Shown in pieces: positions 7,864 to 16,853 of a DNA stretch of 32,000 bases (position 1 is the first letter of the stretch; the number at the start of each line of letters is the position of its first letter). Source of the stretch: Cupriavidus necator (GTDB lineage: Bacteria > Pseudomonadota > Gammaproteobacteria > Burkholderiales > Burkholderiaceae). Below the pieces are notes generated by a model that had not been told where the DNA came from, did not search any database, and saw only the letters and a program-made list of their open reading frames with translations. Position numbers and translations under genes: made by a program. The stretch covers positions 3,150,001 to 3,182,000 of the forward strand of contig NZ_CP066018.1 in the NCBI RefSeq assembly GCF_016127575.1, read 5' to 3'.

Positions 7864-8712
7864 ATGACCGACAGCAGCGTGAAATCCAATCTTCGCAATA
7901 CGTGGGAGTCGGCAGCACCCGGCTGGGCGAAGTGGGAGCATGTGTTTGCCACCAATCTTTCGGGCGCCACGGACACGCTCATCGATATGGCCGGTATCCG
8001 GCCGGGCATGCGCGTTCTCGATCTGGCCTGCGGTGCCGGCAGCCAGAGCATCCAGGCAGCGATGCGTGTGGGTGCCGGCGGCGAAGTGGTCGCCAGTGAT
8101 ATATCGGGCACCATGCTGGAGCATGTCCGCCGAAATGCCGCTCGTGCCGGTCTTCAGAATATCGAAACGCTGGAATGCGCAGTAGACGAATTGGACGAGA
8201 CACTGGCGCCGTTCGACGCGGCGATGTGTCGATTGGGATTGATGCTTTTCCCGTCACCTGGTGAGGCATTGGAATCTGTCCGACGCGTACTCAAGCCTGG
8301 CGCGCGTTTCGCGGCGCTAGTCTTCACGACGCCGGCCAACAATCCCTTTATGGCCCAGCCGATGGCGATCCTTCTACGCCACGCGGGCAAGTCTCCGCCC
8401 GCCCCCGGACAACCTGGAATCTTCGCACTGGGAGGCGATGGCGTGATGGAACGCCTGATGAACGACAGCGGTCTTGGCGATGTGAAAACACAGCATGTTC
8501 GAGCGCAGCTCGTCTTGCCGAGCGCGTCCGATGCTCTGCAACTGATGCAGGAAGCCGCCGGGGCATACCGGGCTGTGGTAGCGGACCTCGACGTCGCGGC
8601 GAGATTGAGGGCCTGGAACGAGGTTTATGAATGCCTTAAGCAGTTCGACGTCGGTGAAGGCTTCAAGACCGAGCTTGAACTCATCATCGGATCAGGCGCC
8701 AAGCCAGGATAG
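7864..8712 (+). CDS. Class I SAM-dependent methyltransferase
   Basis: VLDLACGAGSQS is SAM-binding motif I. The downstream FDAAMCRLGLMLF and LKPGARFAALVF match motifs II/III. An RBS (gggag) precedes the ATG. Confidence 0.85.
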   Translation: MTDSSVKSNLRNTWESAAPGWAKWEHVFATNLSGATDTLIDMAGIRPGMRVLDLACGAGSQSIQAAMRVGAGGEVVASDISGTMLEHVRRNAARAGLQNIETLECAVDELDETLAPFDAAMCRLGLMLFPSPGEALESVRRVLKPGARFAALVFTTPANNPFMAQPMAILLRHAGKSPPAPGQPGIFALGGDGVMERLMNDSGLGDVKTQHVRAQLVLPSASDALQLMQEAAGAYRAVVADLDVAARLRAWNEVYECLKQFDVGEGFKTELELIIGSGAKPG

Positions 8713-8789
8713 TTTTCGCCCGTTGGAGACTGAGGGTCGCCTACGGGCTTAATCGCGTCGCCTCATGCGCGACACGGTACGACCGGAAC

Positions 8790-8818
8790 GGGACCGCAAC
8801 GGCGCCGTTCCCGGTCCC
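8790..8818. terminator. GC-rich hairpin between convergent methyltransferase and dienelactone hydrolase genes
   Basis: gggaccg (8790-8796) pairs with cggtccc (8812-8818). The pair encloses the perfect palindrome aacggcgccgtt. There is no clear U tract. Confidence 0.35.
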
Positions 8819-8846
8819 GCCGGACGGAGCGTGGTTGCGGCGCAGG

Positions 8847-9542
8847 CTATGGCATAGCCTGGAAGAATGAAAGCGTCCGGGCATTGGCCCGTTCGGCGGC
8901 GTCGGCGACATAGTGGACGCCCTGGTTTCGCGCGAAGGCGTGCATGCAGCCGGGATACGTGTATATCTCGACATTGGGCTTGTCCGACAGCGCCGCGACG
9001 ATCCGCGCCCGCGCTTCCGGCGGCACGAATTCATCTTCCTCGGCGATATGCATCAGCAGCGGCGTGGTGAACGTCGCGGCCTCGCCGAGATGCTTGTCGA
9101 TGCCGACGCCGTAGTAGGAGACAGCCGCTTCGGCATTGGTGCGGACTGCGGTCAGGAATGCCAGCAGTCCGCCAAGGCAGTAGCCGACCGTGCCCACGCC
9201 GCTGGTAATGCCGTCCAGCCGCCGCGTGAACTGGATGGTCGCATCCAGGTCGCCCACGCCCGCATCGACATCGAAGGCCTGGTAGAGCGCCAGGGCCTTC
9301 TGCCATTCCGCATCGCTCTTGTCGGTGAGTTCGACGTTCGGCTGCTGGCGCCAGTAGAGATCCGGGCAGATGGCGGTGAAACCGTGTTGCGCGAAATGAT
9401 CGCAGGTGGCACGCATGTCGTCGTTGATGCCGAAGATCTCCTGGATCACCACAATGGCCTTGCCGTTGGCCGCTGATGTCGGCCTGGCAAGGTAGGCCCG
9501 GAAGTTGCCGTCCGCTACGTCGATCGATGTGTACTCGCCCAT
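8847..9542 (-). CDS. Dienelactone hydrolase family protein
   Basis: The alpha/beta fold has the Cys nucleophile elbow GYCLGG, and the C-terminal HAF supplies the His. The start at 9542 (MGEYTSIDV) is preceded by an AGGAGG RBS. The 19-codon upstream extension in the ORF track is unsupported. Confidence 0.85.
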   Translation of the reverse strand: MGEYTSIDVADGNFRAYLARPTSAANGKAIVVIQEIFGINDDMRATCDHFAQHGFTAICPDLYWRQQPNVELTDKSDAEWQKALALYQAFDVDAGVGDLDATIQFTRRLDGITSGVGTVGYCLGGLLAFLTAVRTNAEAAVSYYGVGIDKHLGEAATFTTPLLMHIAEEDEFVPPEARARIVAALSDKPNVEIYTYPGCMHAFARNQGVHYVADAAERANARTLSFFQAMP

Positions 9543-9606
9543 GATGCCTCCTGTTATGCGGGGGTTTTGCCCATGCGGGCAGCCGTCAATGTAGCGCAAT
9601 TCCCCG

Positions 9607-10233
9607 TCAGCGCGCGCCCAGCGCGGAGAGCAATGCGGCGGTGGTCAGGATGGCATGCGCGAACGTGGGCCCGTTGATCTCATGCGCGGCATGCAAGGCT
9701 TCCGGCGAGAATGCCGCGGTCGCGTCCCGCACCAGGGTCACATGGTAGCCAAGTTCCGCCGCGAACCGCCCCGTGGCTTCGATGCAGGTGTTCGCCAGCA
9801 AGCCCACCAGGACGACCTGCCGGATGCCGTGCTGCTTGAGCTGGAAATCCAGGTCCGTGTTGGCGAAGCCGCTGCCGCCCCAGTGCTCATGGACAATCAC
9901 GTCGCCGGCCATGGGGCGGAAATCAGGATGCCAGTCTCCGCCCCAGGTGCCTTCGGCAAAGACCTGCGCGCGGCTGGCACCGAGCTGGTAGGGGCTGGCG
10001 TGCTGCCAGCCGAGATGCTCGTCCGGGCGGGCGCGATGGTGCGGCACGTAGAACACCTGTATGCCGCGCGAACGCGCCGCGCTGGTCACCGCACGCAGAT
10101 TTGCCAGCGTCCCGAGTTTGTCCGCCACCGGCTTGGCCAGGCCGTTCAGCTTGCCGCCTTCGCTCAGGAAATCGTTGTACGGATCCACCAGCAGAAGCCC
10201 GGTGGACTCGCTGGTGTAGGCGGGGCCTGTCAT
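9607..10233 (-). CDS. Isochorismatase-family cysteine hydrolase
   Basis: LLLVDPYNDF supplies the catalytic Asp and VLVGLLANTCIEATGR the Cys nucleophile. The start at 10233 (MTGPAYTSE) is preceded by a GGGAGGA RBS. Confidence 0.85.
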   Translation of the reverse strand: MTGPAYTSESTGLLLVDPYNDFLSEGGKLNGLAKPVADKLGTLANLRAVTSAARSRGIQVFYVPHHRARPDEHLGWQHASPYQLGASRAQVFAEGTWGGDWHPDFRPMAGDVIVHEHWGGSGFANTDLDFQLKQHGIRQVVLVGLLANTCIEATGRFAAELGYHVTLVRDATAAFSPEALHAAHEINGPTFAHAILTTAALLSALGAR

Positions 10234-10277
10234 GATCGTCCTCCCTGGCACTGGCAATCGTGCCTCTGCGACACTGG

Positions 10278-11099
10278 TCAGCGTTGCACGAACGCCAGCA
10301 GATCGTTGTTGATGAGATCCGGATGGGTCGTGCACATGCCATGCGCCAGGCCCTTGTAGACCTTCAGGGTGCCGTTGCGCAGCAGCTCCGCGCTCAACGG
10401 GGCCGAGGCCCCGATGGGCACGATCTGGTCGTCGTCGCCGTGCATGACCAGCACCGGCACGTCGATTGCCTTCAGGTCTTCGGTGAAGTCGGTTTCCGAG
10501 AACGCCTTGATGCAATCGTATTGGGCCTTGACCCCGCCCATCATGCCCTGTCGCCACCAGTTGTCCTTCACGCCTTCCGAGACCTTGGCGCCGTCGCGGT
10601 TGTAGCCATAGAAGGGCACCGGCACTTCCTTGTAGAACTGGGCGCGGTCGGTGGCTACCCGCTCGCGAAAGCCGTCAAACACCTCCACCGGCAAGCCCCC
10701 CGGATTGGCGTCCGTCTTGACCATGATCGGCGGTACGGCACCGATCAGGACCGCCTTGGCCACGCGCCCGGCGCCATGCTTCGCGACATAGCGTGCCACT
10801 TCACCTCCGCCAGTCGAGTGGCCGACATGGACAGCGTCCTTCAGGTCGAGGTGCGCAACGAGCGCGGCCACGTCGGCGGCGTAGGTGTCCATCTCATTGC
10901 CGATGGCGGTCTGGGTGGAGCGGCCGTGGCCGCGGCGATCGTGCGCAATGACCCGGAACCCCCTGGCCAGGAAGAAATGAAGCTGGGCATCCCAGTCGTC
11001 GGCGGTCAGGGGCCAGCCGTGATGAAAGACGATTGGTTGCCCCGCGCCCCAGTCCTTGAAGTAGATCTCGGTCCCGTCCCTGGTTGTAATCGTTCCCAT
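10278..11099 (-). CDS. Alpha/beta hydrolase (non-haem chloroperoxidase / arylesterase-like)
   Basis: The N-terminus [27 protein letters not shown], the nucleophile elbow GHSTGG, and HGDDDQIVP plus GLAHGM (acid/His) fit this family. The start at 11099 (MGTITT) matches the family N-terminus. Confidence 0.9.
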   Translation of the reverse strand: MGTITTRDGTEIYFKDWGAGQPIVFHHGWPLTADDWDAQLHFFLARGFRVIAHDRRGHGRSTQTAIGNEMDTYAADVAALVAHLDLKDAVHVGHSTGGGEVARYVAKHGAGRVAKAVLIGAVPPIMVKTDANPGGLPVEVFDGFRERVATDRAQFYKEVPVPFYGYNRDGAKVSEGVKDNWWRQGMMGGVKAQYDCIKAFSETDFTEDLKAIDVPVLVMHGDDDQIVPIGASAPLSAELLRNGTLKVYKGLAHGMCTTHPDLINNDLLAFVQR

Positions 11100-11360
11100 G
11101 GCTTGCTCCGTCTGAAGGGGATTGGAAAGCCCGCGGCGGCTCGAGGACCCGATGTGTGCGATCGTCGCCAGCCTGTGCGCTGGCGGCATGGCAGCCTGCT
11201 TCACGGTCGGCAACCATCGCGGTGACGGCCATTATTCTCCTGGACTCTGGCCAGACGCTACGTAAAATCGGCAAATCGGATGGTGCCTGCCGAGCCTGCG
11301 CCAGGTGTCAGCCATCCCGCCGCAGGGCACTCCAATTCACTTGAGCGCAAGAGGGTGACG

Positions 11361-12317
11361 ATGACCAACGCCAGCTATGCGGAGTTTGATGAATTCGAAG
11401 CGTCACTGTATGGCGTAAACGGCCGGTACATGCTGCGCTCGGCGCAGCGACGGGACTGGCGCCTGCGTGTGCTCGAGCTGAATGGCGTTGCCTTGATGGC
11501 CGGACAGGAAGGCGCCGCGACGATCTACAGTGGTGCAGGCATGCCGGGATGCTTCAACCTGTTCCTGCCGCTGAGCGGACATGAATGCACGGTGGTCGAC
11601 GGGCGCCGGTTCGACCGCCATGCAATCGGCTGGATGGCGCCGGACCGCATGTTCCATATCGACGCCAGCCGCCCGGCAAGCTGGATGACAATCTCCATGC
11701 CATGCGAGCTCGTCTGCCGGTGGATGGCGACATACGCAGACAATGCCGACTTGTCATTGCTCGCCCGCAATCTTGTCCTGACCGGCGGTCCAAGCTTGGG
11801 CGCCCTGCTTGCGCTGACCCAGCGCCTGCTCTTCATCGATGATCGCCAGCCTGCCCAACTGCATCACCCGGCTGGCGAGCAGACCGCACGCAGCGAACTC
11901 CTCCGGCTCGCGTTCAACACCCTGCTGCCGCTAGCCGCGCGTAGCACCGACACTGCCAGGCACCAGAATCACCGGCGCATCCTGAGCCAGGCCATGGACT
12001 TGCTGGCAGCGGCGCGGCACACGCCCATCCTGCTTGAAGATCTGTGCGCAGCTACCAGTGCCTCGGAACGTACCATTCGCAACGTGTTCAACCGGTACGT
12101 CGGCATCAGCCCCCACCGGTACCTGGTGCTCCACCGCTTGCACCACGCGCGCCAGGCGCTGAAGCATGCCAAGGCAGGCGAGACGGTCACGAGCATCTGT
12201 ATGCGCTTCGGGGTCTGGGACATCGGCCGGTTCGCCATGCAGTACCGCCGGCTGTTCGGCGTGCTGCCCAGCCAGACGCTGCGCGCGTCGCATCTCGGCA
12301 TGCAGGCGCCACACTAG
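11361..12317 (+). CDS. AraC-family transcriptional regulator
   Basis: The C-terminal double HTH reads LEDLCAATSASERTIRNVFNRYVGISPHRYLVLHRLHHARQAL...ICMRFGVWDIGRFAMQYRRLFGVLPS. I chose the ATG at 11361 (MTNASYAEF); the track start at 11280 overlaps the divergent promoter region. Confidence 0.85.
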   Translation: MTNASYAEFDEFEASLYGVNGRYMLRSAQRRDWRLRVLELNGVALMAGQEGAATIYSGAGMPGCFNLFLPLSGHECTVVDGRRFDRHAIGWMAPDRMFHIDASRPASWMTISMPCELVCRWMATYADNADLSLLARNLVLTGGPSLGALLALTQRLLFIDDRQPAQLHHPAGEQTARSELLRLAFNTLLPLAARSTDTARHQNHRRILSQAMDLLAAARHTPILLEDLCAATSASERTIRNVFNRYVGISPHRYLVLHRLHHARQALKHAKAGETVTSICMRFGVWDIGRFAMQYRRLFGVLPSQTLRASHLGMQAPH

Positions 12318-12492
12318 GCCGATGCCCGGCCTGGGTGCCTACTCGAAGAACATCTCGAAGACCTGCGTGCGCAAAACCACTGGATGGCCGCATCGCGGTG
12401 GTAGCCCGATCCCATTTTTATTGACCGACTCTGGCCGGTTTCTGACGATCATCCCATCCGTGCCCGGCCTGCCTCCGGCAACTGAAAGAGCG

Positions 12493-12507
12493 TTTCACAT
12501 TGTGGAA
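12493..12507. promoter_or_regulatory. aceA-upstream operator candidate, site 1 (TTTCACATTGTGGAA, 15-bp imperfect palindrome)
   Basis: Read directly: 7-bp arms flank a central T, and one arm pair is mismatched. Thirteen of 15 positions match site 2, and the right-hand CACATTGYGGAATTT is shared. Confidence 0.5.
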
Positions 12508-12555
12508 TTTGCTCCGGCTTTCCCCCGGCGCTATCTTTCGTTCCTTGAAAATGCT

Positions 12556-12570
12556 TTCCACATTGCGGAA
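12556..12570. promoter_or_regulatory. aceA-upstream operator candidate, site 2 (TTCCACATTGCGGAA)
   Basis: This is the same 15-bp palindromic motif. Its centre lies 63 bp (six helical turns) from the site 1 centre. The two sites together imply a perfect palindromic consensus TTCCACATTGTGGAA. Confidence 0.5.
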
Positions 12571-12615
12571 TTTAGTGTTTATCTCATTGAAAAATAAGGA
12601 AAAATCAACTCTTAT

Positions 12616-12629
12616 GTCTTATATAAGAC
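12616..12629. promoter_or_regulatory. Perfect 14-bp palindrome GTCTTATATAAGAC abutting the candidate aceA -35
   Basis: Read directly. It is preceded by a half-site-like tcttat. It has the GT-(AT-rich)-AC architecture seen in many GntR-type operators. It ends 1 nt into the CTTTGCCGC block shared with the HAD-aceB promoter. Confidence 0.45.
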
Positions 12630-12630
12630 T

Positions 12631-12661
12631 TTGCCGCGACGCATCAAGAACGCCCTACAAT
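12631..12661 (+). promoter_or_regulatory. Candidate aceA promoter (-35 TTGCCG, -10 TACAAT)
   Basis: TTGCCG lies at 12631-12636 and TACAAT at 12656-12661. The spacer is 19 nt, which is long for sigma70, so the -35 assignment is uncertain. The predicted leader is about 75-80 nt. Confidence 0.35.
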
Positions 12662-12741
12662 GAACCCACGCTGCTCGCCTCGACATCCGCCAGCACACTC
12701 AACTATTTTTTTCAAACGCGCTTTCTTCTTAGGAAATTCCC

Positions 12742-14322
12742 ATGGCCCAGTATCAAGACGACATCAAGGCAGTTGCCGGTTTGAAAGAGAACCACGGCAG
12801 CGCGTGGAATGCCATCAATCCCGAGTATGCCGCCCGCATGCGTGCCCAGAACAAGTTCAAGACTGGCCTGGACATCGCCAAGTACACTGCCAAGATCATG
12901 CGCGCCGACATGGCCGCCTACGATGCCGACTCGTCGAAGTACACCCAGTCGCTGGGCTGCTGGCACGGCTTCATCGGGCAGCAGAAGATGATCTCCATCA
13001 AGAAGCACTTCAACAGCACCGAGCGTCGCTACCTTTACCTGTCCGGCTGGATGGTGGCCGCGCTGCGCTCTGAGTTCGGCCCGCTGCCGGACCAGTCGAT
13101 GCACGAAAAAACCTCCGTCAGCGCGCTGATCCGCGAGCTGTACACCTTCCTGCGCCAGGCCGACGCCCGTGAGCTGGGCGGCCTGTTCCGCGAGCTGGAC
13201 GCTGCCCAGGGCCCTGCCAAGGCCGCCATCCAGGCGAAGATCGACAACCACGTCACCCACGTCGTGCCCATCATCGCGGACATCGACGCGGGTTTCGGCA
13301 ACGCCGAAGCAACGTACCTGCTGGCCAAGCAGTTCATCGAAGCGGGCGCATGCTGCATCCAGATCGAAAACCAGGTGTCCGACGAGAAGCAGTGCGGCCA
13401 CCAGGATGGCAAGGTCACCGTGCCGCATGAGGACTTCCTGGCCAAGATCCGCGCCATCCGCTACGCCTTCCTGGAACTGGGCGTGGACGACGGCATCATC
13501 GTGGCCCGTACTGATTCGCTGGGTGCCGGCCTGACCAAGCAGATCGCCGTGACCAACACGCCGGGCGACCTGGGCGACCAGTACAATTCCTTCCTCGATT
13601 GCGAGGAGTTGTCGGCCGACCAACTGGGCAATGGTGACGTCATCATCAAGCGCGACGGCAAGCTGCTGCGTCCCAAGCGCCTGCCCAGCAACCTGTTCCA
13701 GTTCCGCGCCGGCACGGGCGAAGCGCGTTGCGTACTGGATTGCGTCACCGCACTGCAAAACGGCGCTGACCTGCTGTGGATCGAAACCGAAAAGCCGCAT
13801 ATCGCCCAGATCGGCGGCATGGTCAGCGAGATTCGCAAGGTCATCCCGAACGCCAAGCTGGTGTACAACAACAGCCCGTCGTTCAACTGGACCCTGAACT
13901 TCCGCCAGCAGGCGTATGACGCGATGAAGGCCGCGGGCAAGGATGTGTCGGCATATGACCGCGCCCAGCTGATGAGCGTGGAATACGATCAGACCGAACT
14001 GGCGAAGCTCGCCGACGAAAAGATCCGGACCTTCCAGGCCGACGCGTCGCGCGAAGCAGGTATCTTCCACCACCTGATTACGCTGCCGACCTACCACACC
14101 GCCGCGCTGTCGACCGACAACCTGGCCAAGGAATACTTCGGCGACCAGGGCATGCTGGGTTATGTGGCTGGCGTGCAGCGTAAGGAAATCCGTCAGGGCA
14201 TCGCCTGCGTCAAGCACCAGAACATGTCCGGCTCGGACATCGGCGACGACCACAAGGAGTATTTCAGCGGCGAAGCGGCCCTGAAAGCGGCGGGTAAAGA
14301 CAACACCATGAACCAGTTCTGA
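12742..14322 (+). CDS. aceA: Isocitrate lyase (long, about 526-aa form)
   Basis: The active-site signature is EKQCGHQDGK, a KKCGH-type loop. IIADIDAGFGNAEATYLLAKQFIEAGACCIQIENQ matches the ICL/PEP mutase fold. The long proteobacterial ICL length class is inferred from the 526-aa product size. Confidence 0.97.
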   Translation: MAQYQDDIKAVAGLKENHGSAWNAINPEYAARMRAQNKFKTGLDIAKYTAKIMRADMAAYDADSSKYTQSLGCWHGFIGQQKMISIKKHFNSTERRYLYLSGWMVAALRSEFGPLPDQSMHEKTSVSALIRELYTFLRQADARELGGLFRELDAAQGPAKAAIQAKIDNHVTHVVPIIADIDAGFGNAEATYLLAKQFIEAGACCIQIENQVSDEKQCGHQDGKVTVPHEDFLAKIRAIRYAFLELGVDDGIIVARTDSLGAGLTKQIAVTNTPGDLGDQYNSFLDCEELSADQLGNGDVIIKRDGKLLRPKRLPSNLFQFRAGTGEARCVLDCVTALQNGADLLWIETEKPHIAQIGGMVSEIRKVIPNAKLVYNNSPSFNWTLNFRQQAYDAMKAAGKDVSAYDRAQLMSVEYDQTELAKLADEKIRTFQADASREAGIFHHLITLPTYHTAALSTDNLAKEYFGDQGMLGYVAGVQRKEIRQGIACVKHQNMSGSDIGDDHKEYFSGEAALKAAGKDNTMNQF

Positions 14323-14341
14323 TACCAGTAATACCCCAAGC

Positions 14342-14374
14342 AAAACGCCAACCGATACGGGTTGGCGTTTTTTT
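14342..14374. terminator. Rho-independent terminator after aceA
   Basis: In aaaacgccaacc-gatacg-ggttggcgttttttt, an 8-bp GC stem is followed by a T7 run. The A run on the left makes it potentially bidirectional. Confidence 0.85.
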
Positions 14375-14455
14375 GTCCGGCGAGATCGCTCGCGGGGTTC
14401 TCATCAAACATATTCTTGTGCGCTTCCATGCAGAAGCTGTACGTGTGGCTTGAAA

Positions 14456-15751
14456 TCAGCGTGCTGGGTTGAGACGCGGATGCGTCTCCTCTCCCCAGTG
14501 ATACAGTACAAGGCCAGACAGTCCCATCGCGATGGCGACGAACCAGAATGCACTCTCGACGCGGCCACCGAGCGCTGCAGCTGCGCCCAGGCAGAGCGCG
14601 CCGATGCCATACCCGAGGTCGCGCCAGAAGCGGTAGATGCCAATGGCAGACGCCCGCCAACTGGGGTGTGCGATGTCGGCTACCGCAGCGCTCAGATTGG
14701 GGTACAACATCGCCATGCCCAGCCCGGTCACGGCGGCCGAGGTGCTCCACCAAACCGAGCCGCTGCCTAGCGGCAGCAGGGCCACGCCAGCGCCACACAC
14801 CCACATACCCCCGACATTGAGGCGCTGACGGCCGACCTTGTCCGAGAATCTACCGGTGAATAGCTGGGCACCGCCCCAGGTAAAGCCGTAGACACCCACT
14901 ATCCAGCCAATGCCGGGCAGGCTCACTCCCTGCTGGTGCAGGTAGATGGGAAACAAGGCCCAAACCAGCGCGTCAACGAACTTCTCCACTAGCCCGGCCT
15001 GGCAGAGCGCGGCCATTCGACGGTCGCGCCAACTCATCAGGACGAACATCTCGCTGCTCGATGGTTGCTCGCTTACGCCCGGCGGGTAGCGTGGGTGAAG
15101 CACTGTCGCGGATGTGCCGGCGGTGTGGCGTTTGACCTCAGCCCGGGCCCAGGGCAGCGTCTCCATCACCACCAGCCAGGCGAGCAATGTCGCCAGCCCA
15201 ATGACGACAGCGCCGAACCACAGCAATCCTTCGCGCGGACCCGAGATGGAAGCCGCATAGCCCGTGACCACTCCTGCCACGGCGACACCCACGTAGCCAG
15301 AGAATTCGTTCAGCCCGATAACCAGGCCGCGCTGGTCGGCTCGCGTAATGTCGAGCTTGGCCGTCTGGGTCATTGACCAGGTCAGGCCCTGATTCACACC
15401 GAGCAAGGTAGTTGCCAGGACAATCCAGTTCCACGATGGCGCGAAATAGATAAGCAGCGGAATCGGTAGCGCTACAAGCCATCCGATGAGCAGCACTCGT
15501 TTGCGGCCGATGTGCTCCGCCAGGCGACCCGCAACGAAGTTCATAGCACCCTTGACGAAGCCGAATGCCACGACGAAGGCCACCAGTAGCATGAACGACC
15601 CACGTGGCACGCCGAACTCGGTCTCGGCGAGCGCCGGTACAACGTTGCGCATCATGCCAATGGTCATGCCTACGAACAGCACCTGCAGCAGTTGCTGCAG
15701 AATCTGGCCAAGATTGGCACGTATGCCGAAGTCAATCGAGAGCGGCTTCAA
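14456..15751 (-). CDS. MFS transporter
   Basis: The 431-aa hydrophobic product has about 12 predicted helices. The MFS loop 2-3 motif reads GRLAEHIGRKRVLL and is repeated in the second half as GRFSDKVGRQR. The start overlaps the upstream gene stop (ATGA at 15748-15751). Confidence 0.9.
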   Translation of the reverse strand: MKPLSIDFGIRANLGQILQQLLQVLFVGMTIGMMRNVVPALAETEFGVPRGSFMLLVAFVVAFGFVKGAMNFVAGRLAEHIGRKRVLLIGWLVALPIPLLIYFAPSWNWIVLATTLLGVNQGLTWSMTQTAKLDITRADQRGLVIGLNEFSGYVGVAVAGVVTGYAASISGPREGLLWFGAVVIGLATLLAWLVVMETLPWARAEVKRHTAGTSATVLHPRYPPGVSEQPSSSEMFVLMSWRDRRMAALCQAGLVEKFVDALVWALFPIYLHQQGVSLPGIGWIVGVYGFTWGGAQLFTGRFSDKVGRQRLNVGGMWVCGAGVALLPLGSGSVWWSTSAAVTGLGMAMLYPNLSAAVADIAHPSWRASAIGIYRFWRDLGYGIGALCLGAAAALGGRVESAFWFVAIAMGLSGLVLYHWGEETHPRLNPAR

Positions 15752-16125
15752 TCGCGCGCACCTTCGGGCTTAATGCCACGCAGATTGACCTCTATGATGC
15801 GAGCCATGTTCTCCGGTTGCTGCGGGATGTCGGCAACCACCGCATCGACAAAGGCATCGCGCGACATTGCGAGCATCGGGTTGAAGCGTTTCTCGAACCC
15901 GATGGTCGATGCAGGCTTGCCAGAAAGGCCTGCGCCGCAGGCGCTGCCGGCTTGATGTCCAGGATAAATCTCAAGCTCGGCAGGGAGATTCAACAGCTTG
16001 CGATGCAAGCTATCGTGCAGTCGGGCGGCCATTTCGCGTTCTCTCCCGGCCAGGTCCGGCCGGCCGGCACATCCAAAGAAATAGGAAAAGGCGGCGTTTT
16101 CAGTGGGACGTTGGCGGAAGAACAT
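15748..16125 (-). pseudogene. MBL-fold hydrolase (persulfide-dioxygenase-like family) with a large in-frame internal deletion
   Basis: The 125-aa product joins a family-typical N-terminus (MFFRQRPTENAAFSYFFGCAG) directly to a family-typical C-terminal region (RPDLAG...LHDSLHRKLLNLPAELEIYPGHQAGSACGAGLSGKPASTIGFEKRFNPML). No HxHxDH metal-binding motif is present anywhere. An RBS (aggaaa) precedes the ATG at 16125. Confidence 0.65.
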
Positions 16126-16199
16126 GACGGTTTCCTGTGTCTGGACACTGGCGCCTAGTCGGCCCGCGCTTTCCGTGCCATGACATCCGTCTCCTTGCC

Positions 16200-16853
16200 C
16201 TATGCCTCGATGGGCAGCCCGTGAGCGCGCCACTCGGCCACGCCATCAGTCAGGTGGAAGGCGCGATAGCCCTTCTTGCGCAGGAACTCGACAGCGTCCT
16301 TGGCCATCAGGCAGAAGGGGCCGCGGCAGTACGCGACAACGGGCATGTCTTTGGGCAGCTCGGCAAGCCGCTTCCTGAGTTCGTCGAGTGGCAGGGAGCG
16401 AGCATGCGGCAAGTGGGCCGTGGCGAACTCCTCTGCTGGGCGCACATCGAGAACCAGCACTTCTCCGGCCCTGGCCTTCTTCAAGATGGCAGCACGGTCG
16501 AATCCTTCGAGGTCGTCGCCATGCCCGATGATTGACGCCAGGGCCACCTGCAATTCCACTAGCCGCTCCTCGGCCGCTGAACGAAGCGTTACCCAGAGGT
16601 CGGCCACGCTGGTGCTGGCCAGGCGGTACTGGACGTACTTCCCATCCTTGCGGGTCTCGACGAGACGAGCCTGGCGCAGCTCCTTGAGATGAGCGCTGGC
16701 GAGCTTCACGCTGATTTCTGCCTGGGCGGCCAGAACCTCGACGGTTTTCTCACCCTGGCACATAAGCTCGATAAGCTCCAGACGTTTCGGGCTGGCTACG
16801 GCTTTCCCGATGCGCGCGACCTGCTCGTACAGGTGGTTCTTTAACGTTCTCAT
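16200..16853 (-). CDS. ArsR/SmtB-family regulator fused to a rhodanese domain
   Basis: The N-terminal wHTH reads ASPKRLELIELMCQGEKTVEVLAAQAEISVKLASAHLKELRQARLVETRKDGKYVQYRL. The C-terminal rhodanese has the active-site loop YCRGPFC. Confidence 0.9.
   Translation of the reverse strand: MRTLKNHLYEQVARIGKAVASPKRLELIELMCQGEKTVEVLAAQAEISVKLASAHLKELRQARLVETRKDGKYVQYRLASTSVADLWVTLRSAAEERLVELQVALASIIGHGDDLEGFDRAAILKKARAGEVLVLDVRPAEEFATAHLPHARSLPLDELRKRLAELPKDMPVVAYCRGPFCLMAKDAVEFLRKKGYRAFHLTDGVAEWRAHGLPIEA

Noticed and set aside
10260-11225. 321-aa plus-strand ORF, plus 9655-10359 (+), 17591-18472 (+), 4121-5092 (+) and 28669-29454 (-)
   Set aside because: Each overlaps a motif-supported gene on the other strand and has shadow-ORF composition.
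12712-14343. 543-aa minus-strand ORF opposite aceA
   Set aside because: It is a shadow ORF antisense to isocitrate lyase, for the same reason as the ORF opposite aceB.
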